Shown: piece after piece, positions 12,425 through 25,674 of the stretch
Layout: every line of letters begins with the position of its first letter
Position numbering within the stretch: the stretch's first letter is position 1
From: Spongospora subterranea f. sp. subterranea
Lineage: Eukaryota
Reading direction: 5' to 3'
Assembly (NCBI GenBank): GCA_049724395.1
Contig: JAUGWO010000112.1
Span: 248,001 to 312,000 of the forward strand
Length of the DNA: 64,000 nt
Translations under genes and position numbers: made by a program
The notes under the pieces: model-generated
Told to the model about the DNA's origin: nothing
What the model saw: only the letters and a program-made list of their open reading frames with translations
Database searches by the model: none

Positions 12425-13708
12425 TTAGGAAGCGAACAGATGAGTGAATAACTGATCAATATCGAATTCGAAATCGGCGATCTCTGAACAAGGAGCCATA
12501 AAGTTGACAAGTTTCTCCTGTACAACATATCGGATTTTCCGCCCTTTACTGGCTTTCCGATCGACAACCTTCTGTACTCGATCACCGACACCCTTCCCTG
12601 CAACCTTGGCAGATGGCAGACCATCTGTTCCTCGCTGACTGATTACCTCATTCAACAAGGAATGGTAAAAACTTGTATCATCGTACATTTCCGGTTGTTG
12701 ATCATACCCTAAGGTCGTGAGACTTTCGCGATTGTGAAGTGCTCTTGCCCTTAACGGCTCCATATCCGACAACGATGATCGGACCTGCGACATTGCGCTC
12801 TGATTCAGTGCCTTGAATTTCTTATTGGACAGAGAGCGTCCACCGTTCATGATCTGTGTTCGCCCGCTCCAGTATTCAATGATCGACTCCCGCTGCGACA
12901 AAGTCGATTGGTATCGCTCATCAATTGAGGTCCAGATTGCATCGAGATCAAGACACTTCCGCTTGTTTGGCAAAGACCCCAAAACTGAATCGAAATTCCC
13001 AGACGCAGAGAGAGCACGACGTTCAGTCGCGAGAACGCTCGAGAGAAGTTGTTGAATATTAACTGAGACATTCGAGTAAACGGTGGCGATTTCCGGGGAT
13101 GACTCCTTGACGATTTCGTATCCAAATCCGTAAGGTAAACGAGCAGCAAGTTGCAACGAGCGCTGTAGAGATATTCGAAGATCAAGGGCATTATCGCAAA
13201 GCTTCTTCTGATTCCGAACTCGCGTCGCTTGATCAGTCTGATCCTGACGTGAAACTGTTGATCCCATGATGAACATCTGATCCTCTTGTTCCAACGCCTC
13301 TAGCGTCTTCATCACACCACCGTTACTTAAGGATAAACTGGCTGGTGAAACTTCATCATCGGGACTGGATTCTTGACCACAGCTCGACTCATCGTCAGCA
13401 CTCTCGTCATCATCATCACATTGCTCAACAATATCATCTTCCTCACTATCATCAGTACCACTTTCATTCTCAGATTCAGAATCACTTTCTAGACCCAAAT
13501 CTTTTCTGGAGATTTGCTCTAATGCAGAATCCTCTTTACGGGAATCAACTTGTCTGGCTCGGCGACTTCGCCTGATTTCCATTGTTGACGGGCCGGATTG
13601 CCTACCGAGATCATCATCATCGACGCGAACAGAGTCAAAATGGTCTTCTGGATCAATATCCCCTAAATATCGCTGTGGTATTCCTTTCCCATTGCTGACG
13701 ATGGCCAT
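12425..13708 (-). CDS. BFR2: AATF/Bfr2 ribosome-biogenesis protein (single exon)
   Basis: Acidic N-region, NQKKLCDNALDLRISLQ, YDDTSFYHSLL, VDRKASKGRKIRY...KLVNFMAP, IDQLFTHLF. Confidence 0.95.
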   Translation of the reverse strand: MAIVSNGKGIPQRYLGDIDPEDHFDSVRVDDDDLGRQSGPSTMEIRRSRRARQVDSRKEDSALEQISRKDLGLESDSESENESGTDDSEEDDIVEQCDDDDESADDESSCGQESSPDDEVSPASLSLSNGGVMKTLEALEQEDQMFIMGSTVSRQDQTDQATRVRNQKKLCDNALDLRISLQRSLQLAARLPYGFGYEIVKESSPEIATVYSNVSVNIQQLLSSVLATERRALSASGNFDSVLGSLPNKRKCLDLDAIWTSIDERYQSTLSQRESIIEYWSGRTQIMNGGRSLSNKKFKALNQSAMSQVRSSLSDMEPLRARALHNRESLTTLGYDQQPEMYDDTSFYHSLLNEVISQRGTDGLPSAKVAGKGVGDRVQKVVDRKASKGRKIRYVVQEKLVNFMAPCSEIADFEFDIDQLFTHLFAS

Positions 13709-13781
13709 TGCGAATCGTTGGCCCAACCATCTCCTGGACTTTTATTCCACTTGCGGTTTTTGGTCATCGATCCCGGCAACT

Positions 13782-13795
13782 CCGTGACGGACTCC
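13782..13795. promoter_or_regulatory. Candidate cis-element CCGTGACGGACTCC in the BFR2/ENP1 divergent promoter
   Basis: An identical 14-mer lies at 38655-38668, just upstream of UTP10. Confidence 0.45.
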
Positions 13796-13831
13796 GAACC
13801 CAACGGAAAACCAGTCTTGAAGAAAACGATC

Positions 13832-15433
13832 ATGGGGAAAGTTAGCAAACCTCGAAAATCAGTGGGCGCTCCCAAAACCTCTCGCCAACCGCTCGCGATT
13901 CAAATTGAAGATAACGATTTGAGAAAATATGGAAATCTTTCCACCAAATCGTTGCATTCTATCCCTTTGGACAATCGTCAAAAGGTCGGTTAATCCCACG
14001 CTAATTTCTAAAATCCGTCATGAATTATTGTTTGCCATCGCAGCTGAGCACAATCAACGAAGATGACGAAGAAAACGAAGACGTTGTCCCATCAAAATTG
14101 ACTGCCAAGATTTTGCGTCAGGCTCAACAACAAAAGATTGAGATTGAGGGAGAAGACGATGAGGATATGGGAATTCAGAAACCAGACCGTCAGCCGTTCT
14201 CGTTTGATGATGTTGAATACGACGTGGAAGAGATGGAAGGTAACTAGCAGACTTTACGAGTATGATGCGAATGTTGAGTTCGGTGGTAGACGATGGCGCA
14301 TACAATGACGCCGATTTATCGGTAGAAATGTCGGCTGAAGATGAGGCCATGTTGAACATGTACATGTCTGGAGCCGCTCCTGTACGTCGTACGTTGGCTG
14401 ATATGATCATGGAGAAGATTAAGGAGAAGGAGGAGAATCAAGCCATGCAAATTGCTCAAGTTCAAATTCCTGAGAAAGTTGTCCACGTTTACTCCCAGGT
14501 TGGCGTCCTCTTGTCCCGTTATCGATCAGGTTGTTGCAAAAATCAGGTCGCGATTATTTTGTCAGTTCTAACAAATCTCGCTAGGAAAGCTTCCGAAAGC
14601 GATCAAGGTCGTCCCATCGTTGAAGAACTGGGAAGAGATCATGCACTTAACGAAACCGACGGAATGGACATCGGCCGCGTTAGCCGCGATCACCAGATTA
14701 TTTGCGTCAAACTTCAATTCCCGTATGGCACAGCGCTTTTACAACCTCGTCCTTCTACCGAGAATAAGGGCCGATATCGAATCCCACAAGAAGCTCAACT
14801 TCCATTTGTACATGGCGATGAGGAAAGCGATATTCAAGCCGGCTGCGTTCTTCAAAGGTATTTTATTGCCATTAGCTGAAGACGCATGTACGGCCAGAGA
14901 AGCAGTTATCGTTTGCTCGATCCTGACTCGTATCTCAATCCCGATGATGCACTCTGGTGCCGCCCTGGTCAAGCTGGCCCAGATGCCTTACTCAGGTCCC
15001 GTCTCCATGTTTATGAAGACCTTACTCAACAAGAAGTATTCCCTTCCTTATCAGGTCCATATCAGTTCAGGCAAACGTGATTGGCCCATTAACCTATCCA
15101 TTTTCATTAGGTCATCTCTGCTATGGTCAAGTATTTTGATGGATTCATATCTGATGATAGAGTTCTGCCCGTAATCTGGCACCAGACATTCCTGGTTTTC
15201 GCTCAGCGTTATAAGAACGTGATTATCGCGTCAGTTGCCAAATTCTAGGTCTGATTTTAACTGTTGCTGAAACCATTTTCAGGGAGCACAAGGAGAAATT
15301 GAAAAGCGTTATGCGTGTTCATGAACATCATCAGATTACTCCTGAGATCCGTCGTGAACTGTTCACAGTTTCCACTGCACAACCTGTATTAGATCAACGC
15401 GCAATGTCGGCAGCTTTGAACTTTAACCAATAA
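13832..15433 (+). CDS. ENP1: Bystin/Enp1 (pre-40S factor), multi-exon
   Basis: [91 protein letters not shown]. Confidence 0.95.
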
Positions 15434-15539
15434 AAGCCATTGTAATATATATCATGTTTGAGCAAACTAAAAAACATTCGCAACATTTAAGAAGACCTTA
15501 AGAGCGCTCTGTACTGTGGAGTGAACTACATTCCCCTTT

Positions 15540-16380
15540 CAGGAAAGGAAATATAGTAAAGACATTCGTCTGATAACCAGATGATGGTCAGAAAGATCTG
15601 ACAGGACCTGTTGAACTACAGTAGGAATATTTTCCTGCATTGTATCAAAGGGTTCACAAATGGCGTCAGTTGTGAACAAAATCAGCCAATCAATTAAACG
15701 GTCCAGTTGTCGAGACTCTGGGTTGTGCGACCAATGTCCATAATACTGGCCACTTCGAATTTGGTGGATATTATCCAGAAGCGCTGTGGTACTCTGTAAG
15801 TTACGATCGCAGTAGAATTTCAACGTTGATCGTGAATATCAATGCGATTGGCGGTGATTAGAAATTTCACAGGATATATGTGGTCGTTGACCATATCAAT
15901 GAACCTGCAGGTCCGAGCCAATTGCACATGGTTTATGTGAAAACCGCCTGATATTGGAGACTACATTCTGAGTGTAGTTTTTTCAACGACTTACGAATAC
16001 ATTTTCATAATACTGCTTCTGCTTGATCCAGTTTGTGAACGTTCTGGCGTTGATCACGAAATTTGAGTAGGTGAGCACTATGCCCAAGTTTCACAGAAAT
16101 GTATGGAGGTAGGAAAGTATTGCTTTGGACAGTTTTTCCCAAGTCATGGTTCGATAGAGGTCGATCGTGTTTTTGCCAGAATGACCAACCAGTTTTACCG
16201 CATGCAAAACATATTTCATGAGTTGTCGAAGCAGCTTGCCGCTGCCGTGCATGGATGACTATTTCACGCCTAATGGACGAGCTCTTCTCCAGCACCGGAA
16301 ACATCTGACGGCGGACCATGCGCCCGATTTTCTCAACATTGGCTTGGCTTTGACGACGCTTTCTTGAGCGTCCACCCATC
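15540..16380 (-). pseudogene. Decayed copy of an unnamed dispersed intergenic coding family (best-preserved reference copy)
   Basis: Across frameshifts: HKLDQAEAVL* / NIRRFSHKPCAIG / CRFIDMVNDHIYPVKFLITANRI / LKFYCDRN...NIHQIRSGQYYG. Motifs are collinear with 60366-60740. Confidence 0.55.
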
Positions 16381-17026
16381 GTTGGTTAAACTGGAGTAGC
16401 GGGGAATGCCAATCGCGGACTTCGGATTTTTCACTCAAGTCATTTGTTTTGTCTCAATTTGCTGATTGTGATTCGCAAAACCGTTGAAGGGATTTATTAC
16501 GGGGATTAAGACCATTTTCAACTTAAGGGCTTTTTCTATTAGTCTTTACTCCTTACCTTGCTTTTAAAAATATTCAGATGTTTTTGTTGACCATTCATTT
16601 TGTGATGTGTTCGGTAATGTTTCCGTGTTTTCTCTGGATTAATCAATTAAATTAGTGGGAATCAATCAGTGTAATTATCCTATAAGTTTCATCCTTCATT
16701 GTTTTATCCCTCTCCCGAAGCGACATGCTAGCCTTCAAGTATTCTTCAAGGAATATTCTCATGGACTCTGCTGTTTTCAGAAACCTGCACGACCTTGGCA
16801 TTTCGTGTTCCCATTTCAAGTCAAGCAAATCCTCCGATATGCCGCAGTCGGACAATCGGCAGTCCGGCGAGTAACACGGCACACGGAGGCCGCTAACGCG
16901 CATTTGTGCCATTATATACAGTGTTGACGCAATCAGTGGGGTATTAACAAGAGACTGGGGGACTACTCGTTATCATTCGTCCTTTATCACCGCCCGGAAT
17001 TAGTAGTCGCTTCGTTGGATCCAATT

Positions 17027-19233
17027 ATGACAATGTCGACTCGTGGGACCCGCCCAACAACTACAACCAACAAAATGGGCAAGGTTCCCTCCTATAATGA
17101 GATGTCGCGTTTCCTGAGACGAGATTTGCCCAACCGGGTCGATGTCACTGCTCCTTTAGCTAACCGTAAGACCAAGATTATTTGCACAATTGGACCATCA
17201 TGTCAGTCTGTTGACTTGGTCTCGCAACTGGTATACTTCCGATTAATCATTATAAGTTCAGCAAGATCCCTTACAGCTCTTTTCATTGCAGTTAAAAGCG
17301 GGAATGAATGTTGCCCGCTTGAATTTCTCTCATGGTAGTTATAAATATCATGCTGAAACCATCAAGAACGTTAGAGAGGCGGCGGCGGCCACCGGAATCC
17401 CAGTTGCCATTATGCTGGATACAAAGGGGCCAGAAATTCGGACTTTGAAACTGAAGGGTGGTAAACCATTTATGCTTAATGAGGGAAAAGAGCTGCGAAT
17501 TTTCTGTACAAGTGATCGAGAATACGAAGGAGACGCTGCCAAAATTGGCATCGATTATTTGAATCTTCCTAAGGTCAAAGCGCCGTAATCAGAGATTGTT
17601 GATTATTTACTGTTCACAGGCCGTCAAAATTGGCACTATTATTCGAATTGCGGATGGTCTTATCAATTTGAAAGTGATCGATGTCCAGTCTGATGAGGTC
17701 ACCACGATTGTGCAAAACACCGCCGAAATGGGCGAAAACAAGGGTGGGTTTCCGTAATACTATTCGCATATTGGACTTATATGTATTGCAACCACAGGGG
17801 TGAATCTCCCTGGGTGTAATGTCGATTTACCTTCCCTTTCGGAAAAGGACATCGCAGATCTCAAGTTCGGAGTTGAACAAGGAGTCGACTTCATAGCGGC
17901 GTCCTTTGCCCGCTCAGGTTGGAGCTTAGCTGCTGAGCCATTCTTATTGCGAAAATGTTGAACTTGAGCAGGACAGGGTGTTGATGATATTCGAGATGTG
18001 CTAGGGCCAAAAGGATCGCACATCAAGATTATCTCCAAAATCGAATCAGAACAAGGTCTCAACAATTTTGAAGAGATTTTGGCCAAATCTGATGGAATCA
18101 TGGTTAAACAAATTCGAAGGGTTTCAGCAACGTTCTCATCAATTGCATATATTGTAGGTTGCCCGTGGTGATATGGGCGTGGAAATTCCGATCCAGAAGG
18201 TGTTTACAATACTCGAAAACCATTGGTTCGAAATATGATATATATTTCAGGTGTGTATGGCCCAAAAACGGATGATTCGGGGATGCAACGCCGTAGGGAA
18301 ACCGGTCGTGACTGCAACCCAGGTTTGACATTGTTATCTTTATGGGAATCAAAAATATTATACCTTAGAATTGTCATTATAATAGATGCTGGAGTCAATG
18401 ATCGTTAATCCAAGACCAACACGCGCTGAAGCAACCGATGTGGCCAATGCCGTTTTCGATGGATCTGACTGCGTGATGCTTTCTGGGGAGACGGCAAAGG
18501 GTGCGGTGATGATTGTGAAACTGTGGAGGCTACGGTTTCTTACTTTTGTTCAGGAAGCTTTCCTGTTGAGGCGGTCAGCGTAATGGCCAAGATCTGCGCC
18601 ACTGCCGAAAACTTGCTATAGACCATGAAAATGTTTTCGACAATATACTTACACAGACCGCAAAACCTTTGTCCCGAGCTGAGGTGAATCTGTTTAAATC
18701 TTATTTGATATAAAAGTCATGATTTGCTAGGCTATTGCTTCTTCAGCAGTGAAGATTGATATTAATCTAGATGCAGCATTAATCATCGTACTGACTGAAA
18801 GGTTCGCACAAATCATGCTGCAACTGCAAATGTGTTTGACATGTATTTTAGCGGCGCATCGGCAAGATTTGTTGCCAAGTACAGGCCGTCCATTCCCGTC
18901 ATTAGCGTCACAGCCGACCCGTATATGTGCTGACTTCAGATTTTTGCTTTATTTCCCATCTTCTTTGTCCTAGGATCGTGTATCGGCAACTGCTAGTAAC
19001 GCGAGCTGTATGGCCGCTGTTGGTCCCATCCGGGAAATCGGATGAAGAAATGATAGAAGACACCATCAAATATGCGGTTTCTCAGAAATGGGCCGCCACA
19101 GATGAATGGATTGTAATAGTCAGCGGTACCCAAGGAATCCAAGGTAGCTTCTCATGAATCCACGCGATTGTGCTAATCGCTAAAATGTACCGCAGGTTCC
19201 GCTCATACGCTCAAGGTCGTCCGTGTTCAGTGA
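17027..19233 (+). CDS. PYK: Pyruvate kinase (multi-exon)
   Basis: [97 protein letters not shown]. Confidence 0.97.
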
Positions 19234-19286
19234 AAAAGTTCCCGCAAAAACTGAAAATTTAAACAATACTTAGTAATTTGGCATAT

Positions 19287-22200
19287 TTATGATTTTTGTT
19301 TCAGACGCTGGGAGGTGTATTGCCATAAGCAAATAGCTGGAAATAGATTTAGAGAGTTGTTGGAAAAAGCACATATAAATAGGGTGTCACCTCCGGATAC
19401 GTGTACATTTAAGCTGCGGATGACTCCCTGCTGTGGGATCTCTACGCAGACGTCAACGGAAGTAAGGAGAGATGCGGGTATTCCTGAAAATCATTGATCA
19501 AGTTGTCAAATCATCCGTTAGCCGGCAATCACCCGTCTTCTCAGTTCCCAATAACAACGCGCATTTCTCTGGAAATTCAAACGCTTCCAGTGAGACACTT
19601 TGTGCAGTTTGTTCAACCCCAACAATCATGTATCTAAATGTTCCATTCAGCATAACGATGGTCATGCATCTCATGGCCACTCACCCTTGCGCCTTCAACC
19701 CATCAATGTAAGTCTGGCAGGTTTTCCTGTGGACACTCTTTTATATCAACCCATTTCTGAGCCGTCACCGACAGAGTTGTGAACCTAACCACAATTTTAC
19801 TTGGGCTGAATCCAGTTGATATTTGATCCACGACTTACTGTGGATCTTCGACAACTCGGCCATCATGGACGACGATCGACTGGATTCCAAAAATTTCGGC
19901 GGTCCGTGCCAATCCGCCAAGATTGGTCGGTTTATGAATCAGCGATGCCAACAATATCAAAGGACTTGCTGATTTCGCACCTTCGCCTCTACAAGCACAT
20001 TTGAAATCGAATCAACACTATCAAGGTCCCAATAAACCTTCGATAAGTTTGCTCGAGAATTAGTCTCTTGCTTGATTCCAGATCAAAATCCTGATAGTAT
20101 TTTTCAAGTGGGATCAACTTTTTTTGATAATCACTGGCAGTATCATCGGGCTTAAACCGTGCTTCTGCCGATGGTGTTTGTCTTGATAATTTCCGTCTAT
20201 AATCGGGATCGAAGCCGTCCTCATGGGACTTGATTTGAGACAGTGCTTCAGATATGGCAGCGGTAACGGCCCCAACCGTAATAACCGGAAACTCCCCATT
20301 CGCAAATGAACAGAACTGCAGTGGATGAAACTCTTGTAATTTTCGCCCGATTCGTTTGTCCAGTTCTATGAAGTCAGGACTGATAGACAAATGCTGTGCC
20401 ATCGTCAGGGCGAACGGCGAAAAGGCATTGCCTTGGACATGTTGGTAGATTTGAACGAGGTAATATTGCGACGCTGCACGAACCAGTCTGAATATGACCA
20501 TGTCAAAACTTTGATGAAAAACGATGTTAGAGAAATGATGTACCCAGCGTTATGGGAGCAACGCAATGCCAATGAATCGACAATAATGGTGAATGAATGG
20601 GCGGGGATAGGTTCAGACAGATTCAAAATAGCGCTGGCAGTAACTACAGCAACGCTCGTCTCTACGGTCGGACGATTAATTGGATGGAAAGGCAAATTCG
20701 ACAGTCTCGGGCAACAATCTGGACACCACATCAACTATTTCGATTATCTTGAGCAAAGCAGTTAGAATCGAACCTTGTTCAAATGATTCGACAGGATGCG
20801 ATATAAGCAATTTAACCATGACCGATTCTGTGGCCTGACGAGCATCTGGAGCTAGCCCTTGATAGAGCAACTCCCAAAGAGATGATCGGAACTCGGCCAC
20901 TCCTTCAAGACTACAGCGATCGGCTAAAAACCCAATTGCCTATGCGAACCTTGAATGAGGATGAAATTCGTCAGGGTAATTGACAACCGAACCTGCATAT
21001 GCAGAAGAAATTGCCGGCCTTCAACGGATGATGAGAATCGGGAATTGGGCAATAACTGGATCTGTCTCAACTCCGATAAATGGCGGCGAATCAACATATC
21101 GACGAAAGTTCGGTCTTGGAATGCGTTGTACATCGCTAATATGGATATCCGGACATGAACGCTCTAAATCGCTATCGTTAGGGAACCAATGCGAGTGAAA
21201 TGATGGTATACCTTCGGATTTTGTTCAGCGAAGTCTTGGCAAATAGAAAGAGATATGATCAAATTACAATACAAAATAGCAATTTTGTTGCATGTCAACC
21301 AGATTGGGCACATGTGATTAACGAGCGCGATCGATAGCGAATACGGCAAAGGACGAGAACAAAGTGATGTGATTACAACCTGCTCATGGTAATCCTGATG
21401 ATCAACTAAAGCTGGTGGGAATATGGCCGACAAGAATCCAGCCGCAACCTGCGCTTGACAACGAGCCGATGCGATAAAGAAGGCGTCGATAGCGCCATGC
21501 GCAAGTTTGGCCATATTCGCCAACGATAATAATGGGAGGATTAACCGGATGACGATGAAGGCATCGGCAAGACTGTCTTCATACGATGATGATAGTAGGT
21601 TCAGGAGTGGATCAAAAACAAGTTCCGCGAACTCTTCAGAGACGGTGGTGCCCAAACCGATGGAGCGAGCTAGACACTTGAAGACCATCGGAGGGGATTC
21701 AGATGACGACATAAGCCATTGAAGGAGTTGAGGAGGGAGCGATGGCGATGAGGCGACGTTGTGCAATGAGTCCAGATAATCGTATAAAGACTGAAGCGTG
21801 GCTGATTCTTGATGAGAACTTATAGCGATGTTGACTTGATCTTGGCAATGGCGAACATGAGCTCGTAGCGAAGAGTTGTCAGGAAATCTTCGAAATAGAT
21901 ACTATCGGCGAGATTAGATTCAATTGAACAAAAAAGCTCGAGACTGAGTTAACCTGAAATAAATGTTTGGCCTGATCATTAGACATTTGTTGAGAGGACA
22001 GGGTTGAGCATAAATCATCACCACGATCATTCATGAATCGGGATACGGCCTTGACGAATCGGGGATCGGATCGTTCGAGAGATACACCAGCTACTAGGGC
22101 TCGTGCACGATATGGGCAGAATTGATGTGAGGAATACGGTCGGGTATGGGCATCACATATACATTGTAGACAGGATATGATGATATCAACATAATCCTCA

Positions 22201-23978
22201 CATGATTCTGTACAGACAGATTTGGCAATGAATAATCAACAATACGGGGAGAGCGGTGAATATCCACGAACCTGATACTAACGGGAGGAGTCGGATAAAG
22301 GGCTGGGGATCGGCTGTTGGAAGAGATTGACCACATAACCAATGACGACAATATTCAGGGATATGCGTTGTGGCCCATTGAGAATCAGCAATATAGAGCG
22401 CGACTTCAGTGGTGAGGGCGGTGAAGAATGCGCCAATTACAACGACAGATAGATTGGCAAAATCTCCATGGCGATTGACGATGTTCAACATGTTCTCGTG
22501 TTCGATTAGTCGAACGCTAGGGATGTACGCTAATGATGCCGATCGGCGGAATTGGCCGACAAGGGCGTTGTTCACCCAGCGATGATCACATTTCTGGGAG
22601 GCAACGAACTCAAGAAATGGGGCAGCGATTGAGGCGTACTGGCCAAGGTCGTGATCAAGATAGACGGCGTTGACCATCTGCTGAAGAAAGAGCTGACAAT
22701 CGTGCTCGATCGCATTGTAAACGTTGGTGATGAAACGCATCACATCCGCTGATATGGCTTCAGCTGTTATCGACCTGCGATCTTTACCACGAACGGATCG
22801 AACCCAGGATTGATTACACGATAACGGCAATAACGTCTTGACGATGAACTGCCGCGCGAGCCCGTTGGGAATCGACTCTAGCGCCATGATCAATTGGAAT
22901 ACGTCGGCTTTGAGGCGAGCGCACGTTAACCCATATGAAAATAAGGCCAATAGCCATGGCGATCTATCAGGGATGTTCATGATCTGACTGATACCGCTCC
23001 AACATTGGAACAGCTCATTGGAATTTTGAGTATCGAACGATTCCCAGATACGAACGTATAAAGACCAGTCATGGGTTGGATCGTGTTCTAACAGATATAA
23101 ACACGATTTACGGTGAGGAGCTTTAGCGGTCGAGAGCTGATCCAGACAGAACTGCAGAATGATGTTGGACCAGGATTGGGTGTCGTTAAGATGTTCGTGG
23201 ATAACGGGAGAGAAGCGAACTAGTATGGGAACGAGCAGTTTAGGGTCAACAGCGTCTTGACGAGATAGAACGGCGGTTAAGGAATTGTAGAGATGAGTGA
23301 TGCAATTGAGACGAGGGCGCCTTAGAGGGCAAAGACCAGGGAGAAGGATACGAGCACAATCGGTATATGATGGACTGGTTAACGCCTTGTCCAAACCCAT
23401 GATGAACATCTCCAGGATGAATTCGTCGTAATTATCGCCATGTTTACCGATATTGACGGATAGGGCGATAGCCGATGGGAGATGGGATTGGGATAGGTTC
23501 AGACAATATTGGCGATATGGGGTGAAGGTGTCAGGGAATAACACAACCATATCGGTACACAGGTTGACGATATGATTGCATATCTCTGGCGAATACTGAC
23601 TAGATAATCGTGGGAAGAGATGATGGGTAAGAAACTGTGGCGCCATCTTCTCATACCGTGATCGGGACAATTCCATGATGGCAAACACGACCCGTAATGT
23701 GGACACCAATAGTGCAGGATCGTCAATGGGCTATCAGAACCAGCGACACCGTTAGTCGAATAATAGTCCATATGTATTTGTGATAACGGGTGATTTACTC
23801 TGGATAATAGATTAGCAACGATCTTTGCCTGATCATCGACGGTGATAACCACAATAATGGTATGGCATACATCTAGGGATACGGGATCGCCAGAACTGCA
23901 TAAACCAGATAGTTTCGGTATGAAAACACTGACAATATCCTGTTCCCTGTTCATCTCTTGATGATCATCCCTGGCCAT
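19287..23978 (-). CDS. TRM3: TRM3/TARBP1-like tRNA Gm18 2'-O-methyltransferase (long helical N-region plus SpoU domain)
   Basis: C-terminal SpoU motifs: [11 protein letters not shown] region, [38 protein letters not shown]; preceded by DYQKK. Confidence 0.85.
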
Positions 23979-24592
23979 TTTCCCTGATTTGGCGATGGCC
24001 AACCTACCCTAACGCAACCCGACACCCACTTCACGGACTATTGACTGAATAAATTGCGCCAGTCATTGATTAATCCCGTAACCTTAATCCCGTAACCTTA
24101 TCCAACTGCACCAGTCAAAACAATTCTTGTTTCGCCAGGGCAAGATGGCACATCCCCGGTCTGAAACTATGGTGAACGATGATATAGAGTAGGAAACTAG
24201 AGGAGGCGGAGACATCATTGCTGCGGTTCGCGTAAGTTGTTTTTTTGTTTTTCATCACGTGTCGCAGGATTATTAGAAACCCTGGTAAACTCGGTGGCGT
24301 AATAATAGTACAGAAATAGAGCCACCAAATGCGATCGCTTCCTCGGCACAACTCCTACGGTGCTGAGTAATCGTTCGCGGTTCATGAGTGCCACTCCCAT
24401 TTACACATAAAATTTACCTATTGACCAGCGCAATGTTGTAAAACTGTTTTGAGGTGTTATTACTCTTCAAGATCAGCCGTCTCCTTCACCAATCTCAATG
24501 CACTATATGTAGACGATTGTATCGCTGCCACGATTGTGGGAATTGCACGGTATCAACAAGAGTGTTGAAAGACTATTCAGACACTGAACCCT

Positions 24593-25226
24593 TTATTTTC
24601 CACGTAATGCTCGGCTAATCTTTGGAGTAGCAATAACTGTGAGAGCAAACCGAATTGGTTCGGTAAACTTGGTCAAAATCCATGCAACAGCAAAGTTGCC
24701 CGCTTTTGGATTGATTTCCGATAAGTCGATGAGATTTCCTATGATCTGCACGTTGAAACTATGGTTATACATTTCGAAGAAACCACAACTAACCGACTCC
24801 CGCTGACTCTAATAACTTGATGGAATCTGTTGCAGATAAAATTGGCGATTCCAGAAGTCCATATACACAGCCAAGTGTTGCCAGATACAATCCTCCATAC
24901 GTCGACTAATGATCGATTTCTGAGTCCATTTTTTGCATACTGAACATTGGCTAATCACTTACGATAGCGATAACACCATATTTGTTCCATAAAGTTTTCA
25001 TGGAAAACTTCTCTTTAGGTGTCTCAGGCTGCTCATCCTTATCATTGCGATTCTCTGGTGGAGTCGCTGATGCAGCTGGCGCTGTAGAAAACGAACTACG
25101 ATGGAAGCGCGTGTTGTTCGTTAATATAGTAACACAGCTCAGACTTGACAGATAATCTGGCCTGATCGGCTGCATAGAACAAGCCCGAGACCTAATAGCT
25201 GCAAATATAGGTCGATATCGCATCAT
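24593..25226 (-). CDS. FAM210/DUF1279 mitochondrial protein
   Basis: Arg/Ser-rich presequence, then KTLWNKYGVIAIV|TYGGLYLATLG and AGNFAVAWILTKFTEPIRFALTVIATP. Confidence 0.8.
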
Positions 25227-25674
25227 TATTACTGCACACAATAAATTGGCCAACTGCCTTGGCAGTTTTGTTACAACTGTACACATGTGCGGTCATTTTG
25301 TCCTGTGTACAAGAATCAGCGTCAAAAAAACTCGGCGCACAGGACAATTTCCAAAGCCATTTTGACGACAATTGAAAATGCGCTCTACAGTACGAGGACA
25401 GCGAAAACTGGTTACTAGAGCTGAAACCGGGTGAATAAAGTAACTTGTCGTTTCGAACAAATAATGTTTATGTTTTTGGTCACTTAAAAATCGCAATCAC
25501 TGGTCTAGATAGACAACAGAATTCACGACCGATAAGGCACGACATCACAAAAAACTGATGCAAATAGACTTTGGCTCATACGGCATTGTTTTTTATTTGT
25601 TGAATCACGAGCGAAGATTTTGTTCATCATCGGAAAGAGATTGGATTTTTTCTGTTGGGAATATCAGTTGCACA

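Noticed and set aside
24070..24100. 14-bp direct repeat ttaatcccgtaacc x2; scattered aaccctaa telomere-like words
   Set aside because: Too short and too few to call telomeric or regulatory.
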